From Hemiscyllium ocellatum (Eukaryota), in contig NC_083435.1 of assembly GCF_020745735.1 (NCBI RefSeq), positions 36,419,090 to 36,483,089 on the forward strand: 64,000 nt of DNA, read 5' to 3'. The notes under the pieces were generated by a model, which saw only the letters and a program-made list of their open reading frames with translations, had not been told where the DNA came from and made no database searches. Positions 23,914 through 35,039 of the stretch are shown piece by piece. Position 1 is the first letter of the stretch, and each line of letters starts with the position of its first letter. The position numbers and the translations under genes are program-made.

Positions 23914-25373
23914 CACCCCGGTGCTATTTCATAACGTAGTGACCAGAACTCTATGCAATATCCTCAGATATGACCACATTCCATGCTGTTTTTTCATAAC
24001 TTCTCTAATTGTCAATTCTATGCCTCGACAAACATTCCACAGAGCTTGGTTTGTTTTTGTCAGGATTTTCATACTGCAGTGGTTTACCTATTGCCTGATA
24101 TCGCTTTGCTGCACAATACAATTTAGATTCTTCATTTCAAATAATGTGTGGCTTCTTTATTTTAGTCTCCAAAATGCAAGCCAATCATCTCATGTTGCCA
24201 AGAACAAAGCTCTGGAATATAGCAATGCATCACAGTAGACCATCATATTTCTTTCTATTACTGCAAGGAAATACAAGTCTCCTGCTATAGGGGAGAGGAG
24301 GGGAGGGGGGGGGTAAGTGTGACAGTCCCCCAGTGTAAGTGCTGCCTTCAGATGTGAACGCACTTGGACATCTGTATGTCTGCTGAAGTCTAGCGGCCTG
24401 GGGAATTGCTTCCAGCCTGGATCCAAGATCTGCCCTGGTTCCTGCTGCTCACCATGGAGACCATTTCCCATCATGCTGTCTTGGTCATTGTGGGCAGGAT
24501 TCCACCAGCCACTTGGGTCCAATATCAAAATCTATCGACCTCCCTGAGCAGGAGCTGGTAATCTTGGCAGCCCCTCCGAGCTATTCCTCACTTTGTCTCC
24601 TTTGTTACATTCTGCCTTTTTATTTATTTCAATATAAATATGGCTACGTAAAGATTTCAGCTTCAGTTGGTTTCACATTAAACAGATGCTTGCTTATATA
24701 CAAACCTATGCTCTCGAACTCAACAATGCCTGATGTTGGTGAGTTTGTGGCTGGTATAGAAGCATAATAGAAAATTGCCCAATAGCAGGACAATCCACCC
24801 CAGCTACTTACTGCCCCATCAGTCCACTCTCAGGCCTCAGTAAAGTGACTGAAGGTGTCATCAAGCAGCACCCACTCAGTAATAACCTGCTCAGTGACAC
24901 CAAGTTTGGGTTCCACCAGGGTCACTCAGCTCCTGACCTCATTCCAGCCTTGATTAAAACATGGATAAAAGAGTTGAATTCCAGAGGGGAGGTGGGAATG
25001 ACAGACCCTGACATCAAGGTCACATTCGACCGAGTGTGACATCAAGTAGTCCCAGCAAAACTGGAATCCATGGTTATGAGGGAAAAATCTCTCTGGTGCT
25101 TGGAATCATAACAGGCACATAAGAAAGTGATCTGGTTATTGGAGGTCAGTCATTTCAGTCCAGAATATCTCTGCAGGAGTTCCTCAGGGCAGTGTCCATC
25201 TTCACATGCTTTATCAATGACCTTCCCTTCATTATAAGGTCAGAAGTGGGGATGTTTGCTGATGATGACACAATATTCAGTCCAATTCATGACTCCTCAG
25301 ATACTGAAGCCATCTATGTTCAAATGCAACAAGATCTGGGCAATATCCAGGCTTGGACTGACAAGTGGAAAGT

Positions 25374-25467
25374 CAAGATTAGAATGGTGCTGGAAAAGCA
25401 CAGCAGGTCAGGCAGCATCCGAGGAGTAGGAAAATCCACGTTTTGGGCAAAAGCCCTTTGTCAGGAA
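25374..25467 (-). mobile_element. 94-bp Penelope-terminal mini-insertion with 15-bp target duplication
   Basis: TGACAAGTGGAAAGT at 25359-25373 and 25468-25482 flanks a hammerhead-bearing Penelope end. Confidence 0.8.
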
Positions 25468-25684
25468 TGACAAGTGGAAAGTAACATTCATGCAACACAA
25501 ATGTCAAGCAATGACCATCTCCAATAAGAGACAATCTAACCTCTACCCTTTGACTTTCAATGGCATTAACAACATTGAATTCTCACTATCAACATCCTGG
25601 GAGTTATCATTGATCAGAAACTGAACTGGACACGCCACATAAATACAGTGTCTGCAAGAGCAGGTCAGAGGCTCGGGATAACAC

Positions 25685-26007
25685 GGGCGGCACGGTGGCA
25701 CAGTGGTTAGCACTGCTGCCTCACAGCACCTGAGACCCGGGTTCAATTCCCGACTCAGGTGACTGACTGTGTGGAGTTTGCACGTTCTCCCCGTGTCTGC
25801 GTGGGTTTCCTCCGGGTGCTCCGGTTTCCTCCCACAGTCCAAAGATGTGCAGGTCAGGTGAATTGGCCATGTTAAATTGCCCGTAGTGTTAGGTAAGGGG
25901 TAAATGTAGGGGTATGGGTGGGTTTCGCTTCGGCGGGTCGGTGTGGACTTGTTGGGCCGAAGGGCCTGTTTCCACACTGTAAGTCTAGTCTAGTCTAGTC
26001 TAGTCTA
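25685..26007 (+). mobile_element. Young full-length HE1-like V-SINE
   Basis: Complete from GGGCGGCACGGTGGCACAGTGGTTAG to a (TCTAG)n tail. Flanks ATAACAC/ATAACGC. Near-identical to 37679 and 53435 copies. Confidence 0.95.
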
Positions 26008-26174
26008 ATAACGCCGTAAGTAACTCATGTCCTGATTCGCCAAGGCCTGTCCGTAATCTACAAGGCATAAGTCAGGAGTATGATGGAGTACTTTCCTCCT
26101 GCCTGGAGCTCCAACAACATTTAAGAAGCTTGACACCAGTCAGGACAAAGCAGCCTGTTCGATTGGCATTACAG

Positions 26175-27020
26175 CAAAGGGATCGTGATCAATTGGGCCA
26201 ATGGGCTGAGGAGGAGCAGACGGAGTTTAATTTGGATGAAAGCGAAGTATTGTATTTTGGTAAAACAGACATAGGCCGGACTTGTACAGTTAATGACAGG
26301 GCCTTGGGTAATGCTGCTGAATAGAGAGACTGAGGGGCTCAGGTACATAGTTCTTTGAGAGATGCATCACAGGTAGACAGATTGGTTAAGAAGCCGTGTA
26401 ACGCACTTGCCTTCATTGCCCAGACTATCGAGTCTCGGAGTTGGGATGTCATGTTGAGGTTGTACAGGACATTGGTAAGGACATTTTGGAGTACTGTGTT
26501 CTGTTATGTTCACTCTGCTTTGGGAGGGATATTATTAAGTTGCAGAGGATTCAGATAATGATTTATCAGGAAGTTGCAGGAGTGGCGGGTTTGAATTATA
26601 AGGATAGGCTGGATAGGCTGGGATGTCTTTTTACTGGAGCGTCGGAAGGTAAAGGGAGACTTTATAAAGGTTTATAAAATCATGAGGGACGTAGATAAAG
26701 TGACTAGCCTTTAGATGGGCGTGTTCAAAAGTAGGGTGCATATTTTAAGGTGAGAGGAGGAAGATTTAGAAGGGACCTGAAGGACAACTTTTTCACCAGC
26801 GCAGGGTTTATGTGTGGAATGAGCTACCAGAGGAAGTGGTAAATGCAGGTGCAGCTACAGCATTGAAGAGACATTTGGACAGGTACATGAATGGGAAAGG
26901 TTTGGAGGGCTATAGGCCAAATGCAGGTAGGTGGGACTAGTTAGTTTGAGAAACTTGGTTGGCATGGCCGAGTTGGATGGAAGGGTCATTTTCCATGCTA
27001 TCTCACTGCCTGACTCTCTG
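26175..27020 (+). mobile_element. Degraded CR1 RT 3' part
   Basis: LQQRDRDQLGQWAEE..FNLDESEVLYFGK..IESRSWDVMLRLYRTLVR, followed by CR1 3' UTR. Confidence 0.85.
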
Positions 27021-27619
27021 TGACCACATTCATCTCGAAGCGTAAGGGCAGCTGATACATGGGAAATCCCACCACTTCAAGTTCCTCTCCAACCCACTCA
27101 CCATCCTGATTTGGAAATATTTCACCAATTCTTCAGTCTCACTGGGTCAAAATCCCAGAGTTCCCCCCCCCCCAAGAGTATTGTGGGTCAAAGGAAGCAC
27201 ATGAACTACACGTGGGCAATAAATACTGACCCAGCCAGTGATACCCGTCTACCACAAGTGAATACAAAAGGCAGTGCATCACAGTTAACCATCACACGTT
27301 CATCTATCACTGTGTGTACAGCTACAGGAACAGTTTGGAAATGCAAGCCACCTGCTGCTGGAGGGTTATGTTTCCAGTCTCTCAGCACAGATGCAGGCTT
27401 CAGATGTGAAATCATTTAGACACATGAAATAATTCAGAGCCTAGCAACCTGGAGAATCTCTTAGAATAGAATAGACTATCCTTTATTGTCACGTGAACTC
27501 CAACACAGAACTACACAATACAGTGTAAAGCTTTTAACAGCTGCCTTTAATAGTGCCATCTTTATGTTTGGATGTCTCTGGAGAAGGAGCACGCAGTGTC
27601 TACCAGCACCCTGAGGTTT

Positions 27620-27880
27620 TCAGGGAGAGCTGGGTGCCACGGGGAGTGGAGTGCTTTATTTGCCCCTCCAACTCAATTTTGATTTAATCCCTGCCCCCCC
27701 CCACTTCACTTTTTTGACCATGCAGCATTGCCGTCTGAGAAGGGCACGACTTGTCATTGGCCACTTGGGCATTTCCTCTCTTCCTGGTGGTGGGAATTGA
27801 ATAAAGATTTGTATAGCTGTTGTGTCACACACACACACACACACACACACACCATGGGTGCTGGGGGGACACAGGCTCTA
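27620..27880 (+). mobile_element. Tx1/L1-clade LINE extreme 3' end followed by (CA)n
   Basis: GAGAGCTGGGTGCCACGGGGAGTGGAGTGCTTTATTTGCCCCTCCAACTCAATTTTGATTTAA (ORF2 C-terminus ..WVPRGVECFICPSNSILI*), 3' UTR, AATAAA near 27800. Confidence 0.65.
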
Positions 27881-28191
27881 CCGCTGTTCGGCGGTGGGGT
27901 GGGGGAAATTAAAAAAAGGAGAAAAAGATAGTGCCAGCTTCGGTACAAGTATCGAGGTACAAATCTTGCACAGTGAATCAAAACAGTGCAGCTACACAGT
28001 AAAATGGAATGTAAGTGAGCGGTGAACAGTGAAGAAGCCCAGAATTATGAGAAATGACCATGAGAGCTGAAGTCCCAGTCCATGCCCACAGACTCCACAA
28101 CACGAGTTCATGCTGCCTCCACGTGCCGGACTCCATCCAGGACTCACAGCAACGGCGCTCCAGGAATCGCCCATTCGCTCCACTCTGTGCC

Positions 28192-28775
28192 GGGACACAG
28201 CCCGTACTCACTCCATCCTGGGACACGGCCCGTGCTCACTCCATCCCGGGACACGGCCCGTGCTCACTCCATCCCGGGACACGGCCCGTGCTCACTCCAT
28301 CCTGGGACACGGCCCGTGCTCACTGCATCCCGGGACACGGCCCGTGCTCACTGCATCCTGGGACACAGCCCGTGCTCACTCCATCCCGGGACACGGCCTG
28401 TACTCACTCTGTCCCCAGGACACGGCCCGTACTCACTCTGTCCCCGGGACACGGCCTGTACTCACTCTGTCCCCAGGACACGGCCCGTACTCACTCTGTC
28501 CCGGGACACGGCCCGTACTCACTCTGTCCCCGGGACACGGCCCGTGCTCACTCCACCCAGAGAGACGGCCCGTGCTCACTCCGCCCTGGGACACGGCCCG
28601 TGCTCACTCCGCCCCGGGACACGGCCCGTGCTCACTCCGCCCCGGGACACGGCCCGTGCTCACTCCGCCCCGGGACACGGCCCGTGCTCACTCCGCCCCG
28701 GGACACGGCCCGTGCTCACTCCGCCCCGGGCCCTGGGACACAGCCTGTGCTCACTCTGCCCCGGGATACAGCCTG
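28192..28775. repeat. 28-29-bp CpG-rich minisatellite, about 20 units, three variant blocks
   Basis: GGGACACGGCCCGTGCTCACTCCATCCC, then ..TACTCACTCTGTCCCC.., then ..CTCACTCCGCCCC.. Confidence 0.97.
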
Positions 28776-28789
28776 CCTGCTTTTTTTTG

Positions 28790-29075
28790 TGCAAAGGGGA
28801 GGGCAGGGACTAAATCAAAATAGAGTTGGAGGGGGAAACAATGCACTCCACTCCCTGCGGAGCCCACCTCTCCCTGCACAACTCCAGGGTGTTCATGGAC
28901 ACCATGTGCTCCTTCTTCAAGGACACCTGGGCTCGAACGTAACCATGGAAGAGGGGCAGGCAGTCGCCCCTGAAGACCCCTTCCACGCCCACTGCCTGGA
29001 CCTGTTTATGGCCAATTTGGCCAGGCTCAGGAGCAGACCCACAAGGAGGTCCTCGCACCTGCCCTACGGCCTGCC
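28790..29075 (-). mobile_element. Tx1/L1-clade ORF2 C-terminal remnant
   Basis: Minus strand EDLLVGLLLSLAKLAINRSRQ, then (frameshift) DCLPLFHGYVRAQVSLKKEH..RERWAPQGVECIVSPSNSILI*. Confidence 0.75.
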
Positions 29076-31059
29076 TGCTTCCTGCTTGAATCCATGATCT
29101 GATTGGTGCCTGCTGCTCAGTGCAGAGGGCATCTCCCATCATGCTCTCTTGGTGACTGTGGGTGGGGTTTCATCAGCCACTTGGGGCCAATATTAGAATC
29201 TATTGATCTCCTTGAGCAGAATTTATAAATCTTGGTCTTGGAACCCAGGGCCAGCACCCCACCTCCCAATACTCCTCACCTCTGAATGGTATTTAAATAC
29301 AAACATAAAGATTTCTGCTTTGATTGGTCTCACAGTGAATGAATATTTGCTGACATCCATGAACCCATGTTCTCAAGCACAGCAGGATCTGAAGTTGGGA
29401 AGTTGGGGGTCAGATGGGGGGTTCAGGCGGTCATGGAGAATATTGCTGAACCAATGCACAGTCATCCAGAATGTGTCCCTGTTTTGTGCTGAACAGAGAT
29501 TCCTGCTCTCATCCTTGTGTTCCCCATTTCTCTCTCACTACCTCATATTGTACAGCACAACTGACCTTTCTTCTGACATGTTTTGTGCTTCCTCTGTCAT
29601 GTGGGGAGATGTTAAATCAGCAAACAAGAACTTTCACTATTGCTTGGAAATGATTCGGTATTCATTAAACCAAGCAGAACTTAAGTTTTGCTGAATCTCT
29701 TTGGTCTGTTGTAGAAAATGAAACTCTACAATCAACATTTCAGGAAAACGGTTACCTTATGTTGGAAGAACAGAGTTAAAGTAAAATGTTTTGACACCTC
29801 ATTGCTGAATCTCGGAGACAGCAGCAGCACTTCCTGGACAAGTTCAGAAGGTTACTATCTGCAAACAGGATCATCAAGTGTCCACAGTAATTATTCCTTT
29901 CTTACATCTGATCACAGTGTTTTTCCACATCCCAATACCAGTTAACGTGAGACTTTAAGTCACTGAAACAATCAGAGACTGACTTCAATTCCCACCGAGG
30001 ATGAGAGTCTGACCAGTGTTTCTGTTTTCTAACAGATACAATTATTACAGGAGCTGAGATCTCAGTGACAACCCTGGTCCATCCAGTCCGGATAGTGATT
30101 CTCCCACAGCTGGATCACAGACAGCTCAGTGAAACAGACTGCTGTTTGTAAGTGATGGTTATGGGGATGATCTTCTACATTATTCTGAGAAAGTGAGAGG
30201 GTGGCTGAATGTGATAAAAATCAGTGTAACAGTTTGAGATACCATTCAAGTGTTTGTGAAATATTTGTGGAAAAGTGTATAACTGTAAAGCATATATTAT
30301 GCTTCAATGGATATGTGCTTGAGACAATCCGAAGTGAAAGCCAGTAAAACAGGAAAATGAGATATATCCATTGGATTCATCTTTTATACCTCCAGGTATG
30401 ACCAGTTCATTTCCAGGTATGTAACTGTTGTTCCTCTCTCTGAGTTATTCTGGTTATTTAGTAACATCAGCTTCTGAGTTGGGGGCTGCTCCTGCGTTGT
30501 GATGTATTAAACATGTTGAATCAGTACATTGCACTTCTCTGACAAATGTGACTGAGAGACTTCAGTTTTCTACTAACACTGTATCTGTTCTTCTTCAACA
30601 CCTTTAGTCTGCTCCTGAGCAGAATGCCAGCTTTTTGCAATTGTTGAATTTTCAACATTCTTCAATGTTGGCATTGTTATTCTGTCTGAATGTTTATTTC
30701 TGTGAAAAGACCATGAATCAGGAACGACCGACAGTTTTCCTGTTTTATACCAAGTGCTGTTGCTCCAGGAGGTGAGATCTTAGTGAAATCACTGCGTCTC
30801 TCCACCTACTACAGTGATTTCCCACAGAGCTGGAACTTCATGTATGGATGAGTAGAATAATTTCATCTCAAGGGATCCTGTTGAAAGGGAGTATAACTGT
30901 CTGAGTATGAGGGTTCCTGGTGTATTATTGTGAGACAGCAAGAGTGTATGTGAGTGTGACAGTTGTGTGAGTATATCTCATTAAGTGTGTATGTATGTGT
31001 GTGAGACAATGTTTTTGGAAATGTAAATGACATTATATTGTACTTCCATGTGCGCAAAC

Positions 31060-31500
31060 TTTCCTATAAAAGTCGGAAAGTTATGTTGTCATCAGAAAGG
31101 ACACTGGTGTAACCACATCTGCAGCTCTGGGTACAGTATTGGTCTTTCACGGAGGATGTAAAGGCATTGGAAAGAGTTCAGAGAAGGTTTACCAGACTAA
31201 TACCTGGATTGGTCGGGTGACCTGATGACGAAAGGTTGGACAGGCTATGTCTGTATCTGCTGGAGTTGATATCTGCCTGTCAAGGCAACCTGATTGAAAC
31301 AGATTCGATCCAGCGGGATCTTGACAGATTGATTTGGAGGCGGTGTTTTCTCTGAAGGGAGAATTGAGAAGGAGGGATGACTCCTTAAAGTGAGGGGGAC
31401 GTTCATTGAAATCAAAGACCAGGTACATTTCTTTTTGTCTTGAAGGGTTCGTGAGGAACTGGAACTCTCTCACTGAAATGGCAGTGGAAACAACCCCTTG
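31060..31500 (+). mobile_element. Degenerate CR1 3' fragment
   Basis: GGATGTAAAGGCATTGGAAAGAGTTCAGAGAAGGTTTACCAGACTAATACCTGG. Confidence 0.7.
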
Positions 31501-32657
31501 TGTATTTGTGAGTTGAAGGCAGAAGGATTCTTAGGGATAGAGAAAATTTTCCATGAAAAGCTGCAGAGAAGGAGGTGACAATGACCTGGTGCTGAGTTTC
31601 TGAGTGAGCACACACACAGAAATACAGCAGCATCCTGAAGCTCAGTGACAGAGTGTGGAGTGATTCTGATTAAAGGGGGTGGGATTGAGCAGTTTCCTGC
31701 CTGTTGTGTATAATATCTCCAAGGCAGGGTTTACTGACACCCACATTGCTTTGCAGCCTTACCTTCTCTCAGGAGCTGTCTCTGAGAGTTTGGGACTTTA
31801 GACCAATTTAAATCCTGGAAAGGCCACATTTGCTGACACCTGAGCGCATGCATTTAGACACAGTGAGTTCCAGGGGGATGGTGTGAGTAACTGGGAGGGT
31901 GTTCAGTTATGGGGATGGGGGTGGGTGAGCTGAGTGATTGGATGCTTTCTATGTGTGCGGTTGGTAGAGATCAGTTTTATATCTAAGTCAGTAGTTAGAG
32001 CTGGTTTAATTCCCTCTGTATTTTTCTGGCTAAGGTAAGTCAGTCAGAACCCTCTAATGTCCCCAAAACCCGCTGAACAGTCGGGACCTTTCCCACTGGG
32101 TTTGTATGTTATGCAGAGACCCTCTGATATTCAGTCTCCTGGGCAGTTCCCGCACAGTCAGTGCATTCCCTCTTTCAGGAAGTTCCAGTGAGTATCTTCC
32201 CATGTCTCCCCTTGAATGTTGTCCTGATCAGTTGCTGTGGGCGAGTGTCTAATGGCAGGGATTCTGGAGAGATCAGTCCTTCCAATCAGGAATTCTGGGC
32301 TGGGAATTCAGTAGCTGCAGGAGGTGGCCATTCAGCCCTGAAGATCATGGCTGGTCTGACTGAAGCATCAGCTCCACTTTGAGATCAGCCACATGATCAG
32401 ATTGAATTTGTAGAGTAAATCAATACATCGCAATTCAAACTTCCTGGGGAATTACGGACTGGCTGTGTATTGTGTCAGGATTTCCAACAGCAGCATGGGA
32501 TGAGGTTTTCCCTGATATCGGAGAATGGGATTGTTGTATATTTGATGAGAGATTACCGAATCGACAATAAGTTTGAACAAGAAGTGGTTTGTCACATGTT
32601 GAGGATCTGTAGACAGCCTTCCATGTGGACCACTGTCTCCATTGGATCCAACATAGA

Positions 32658-32951
32658 AACCCTACAGTATGGGAAACAGGCCCTTCAACCCTTCACATCA
32701 ACCCTCTGAAGAGCATCCCCCTCCCAAACCCATTCCCCATTACTCTACATTTAACCCCTGAATAACCTACACATCCCTGCACATCATGGGCAATAATCTT
32801 TGGATTGTGGGAGGAAACCAGAGCACCCGGAGGAAATACATGCAGACATGGGGAGAATGTGCAAACTCCACACAGTCTCCCAAGGGTGGGATTGAATCTG
32901 GGTCCCTGGCGCTGTGGGGCAGCAGTGCTAATCACTGAGCCACCGTGCCAC
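32658..32951 (-). mobile_element. HE1-like V-SINE
   Basis: Reverse-complemented head, V-domain and tail. Confidence 0.88.
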
Positions 32952-32982
32952 CCCTAGAATCTATGGTGCATCTCACAAGTTG

Positions 32983-33013
<31 letters not shown>

Positions 33014-33234
33014 CCCCTCTCTCTCTCGTGGTCTCATATCTCCACAGTTGGAGGTGTTACTCACACTGTACCAGAGAGTGACCCTTTCAAACCTTTGATC
33101 AAGGGCAGGGATTTTCTTTTAAACATGTTTGATAATTAGTCAAAGGAAAGTTCTGGAATGTGCCTTTGTAAAAGAAGTCAGGAGAAAGAAGCAGTTGTTT
33201 TTTGTTGCGGTTCATCCAGAGCAACTCGATGAAG

Positions 33235-33695
33235 CAGGACTCTGTGCTCTATGGGCTGTTCCCTGGGCCACACACTGAGACAAATGTTGAGCGTACCTGC
33301 AGGACCATCAATTCAGTGAAAGATCTCTTTGGGGCCTTTGAGTTGCCCCTGACCAAGTGTTGCTGACTGGCATATTCCAAGGTCCAAGGACTATGTGCTG
33401 AGGGATCACTAAAGCTTGAGGCAGATGCTGTCAAGGCACAGTGAGGAAAGACCACTGTCTGAGGTCTTTTTGCCAAAGTTTAATGGGGGTTCGTTCAGTT
33501 ACCAGGCCCGCTGGTGCTTCATATGCAAGTTTTTATAGTCTTGTACAGTAAGAGATACCTTTGGTTTATTTGTTGGATAGTATCAAACTCCAATGTTTGT
33601 TTTTTCCTTCACATGCTGTTTTATAGAACAGAACTGTATTTGTGATTATGTGTGTATAAAGAGGTTTTTTTTATGAGTAAAGCATACTTTTGAAT
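33235..33695 (+). mobile_element. Degraded Tx1/L1 3' end (same subfamily as 60.9-62.0 kb)
   Basis: GGACCATCAATTCAGTGAAAGA..TTCCAAGGTCCAAGGACTATGTGCTGAGGGA..GGAAAGACCACTGTCTGA; tail TTTTATGAGTAAAGCATACTTTTG. Confidence 0.75.
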
Positions 33696-34329
33696 GAGAA
33701 CATATAAAAGGCCTAATGCCTTGGTTGAGGCTGTGTCTGGTAGAATATATCTCCCTATCCTTCACAAAGATGTTGTTGATGTTATACTGCCAGAGGAGGT
33801 AGGTAAGACCCGGGCTGGACGGCAAGTTGAAACAGTTATGTTAGAAAGGCTGGGCTGTAATTTATGTTGATAAATCATCAGGACCGAATGATTTTGCATC
33901 CAAGGTTTCTGATGGAAGACAGTAGAAATTGCAGAGGCTCTGATCAGTATTTCTCAATCTCTACAAAGACATTGAGGTGCCAGAAGATTGGGGAATTGTA
34001 AATGTTTCTCTAGAAGCCCAGAGATTCAGAATGGTTATGGTGTAGAAGGAGGCCCTTCAGCCCATCCTGTTTGCAATGCCTCCCTGTTCAGTCTAACTTA
34101 TCTCCTGCCTTTTTCCCATATCTCTGCACATTATTTCCATTCAAACCATCCGATACCCTCTTGTCTGTCTCAATTAATCCCGTCTCCACCATACTTTTAA
34201 AAGTGCATTCCATTCCCTCACGATTTATGGTGTGTAATTACTTTACTTATCTCATTTTTGCTTCTTTTTCAAAATCACTTTAAAACTGGGCACTCTGGGT
34301 CTTTATTTATATGTGTGTGTGAAAACAGA

Positions 34330-34910
34330 TTCTCCCTACTCATTCTATTCATACCACTCTTTTGGAATACTGTGTACAATTCTGGTCACCCATTTATAGG
34401 AAGGATGTTGTTAAACTTGAGAGAGTGTAGAAAAATTTTACAAGGAAGTTGCCAGGACTGGAGGGTTTCGCCTATCAGGAGAGGCTGAATAGACTGGGGC
34501 TGTTTTCCCTGGAGCATCAGAGACTGAGGGGTGACCTGATAGAGGTTTATAAAAACATGAGGAGAATTGATAGAATGAACAGCCAAGGTCTTTTTCCTTG
34601 GCTGGGGGAGTGCAAAACCAGAGGGCATAGGTTTGAGGTGAGAGAGGAAAGACGTAAAAAGGATCTGAGGGGTGATATTTTCAAGCAGAGGGTGGTGCAT
34701 GTCTGAAGTGAGCCACCAGAGGAAGTGGAGGAAGCAAGTAAATTTAGAACATTTAAAAGGCATCTGTATGGTTGGATGAATGAGAAGGAGTTAGAGGGAT
34801 ACGGGCCAACTGCTAGCAAATGGGAGTAGGTCAGATTGGGCCGTCTGGTTGGTGTGGATGAGTTGGACCGAAGGATCTGTTTCCATGCTGTACAGCTCTA
34901 TGACCCTATG
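34330..34910 (+). mobile_element. Degraded CR1 3' part
   Basis: ORF 34449..34706 PGLEGFAYQERLNRLGLFSLEHQRLRGDLIEVYK, followed by CR1 3' UTR. Confidence 0.85.
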
Positions 34911-35039
34911 TACCTCGCGAGTTTGTAAACTTTGATCAAATCTCTTCTTGGTTTTCATTTCTCCAGGGTAAAATGGTTCCAACATCTCCAATCTCTCCTT
35001 CTAGCTGGACAGAATATAAACAAAAACACAGAGAATTAC

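Larger units (their letters stand above)
24760..26175 (+). mobile_element. Degraded L2/CR1-like LINE RT fragment, interrupted by a mini-Penelope insert and an HE1-like SINE
   Basis: QFGFHQGHSAPDL, DIKVTFDRV, CFINDLP..GMFADD..MQQDLGNIQAWTDKW. The frame resumes after both inserts. Confidence 0.8.

Noticed and set aside
28054-29097. 347, 243 and 237 aa overlapping ORFs as host genes
   Set aside because: They are translations of a stop-free 28-29-bp minisatellite; the peptides are periodic and show no domain signal.
32040-33150. Several NF-kB-like words (GGGACCTTTCCC, GGAAGTTCC, GGGGATTTTC) as an immune enhancer
   Set aside because: None is a clean consensus, such partial matches are common by chance, and the region is about 14 kb from the ATG with no TSS evidence.
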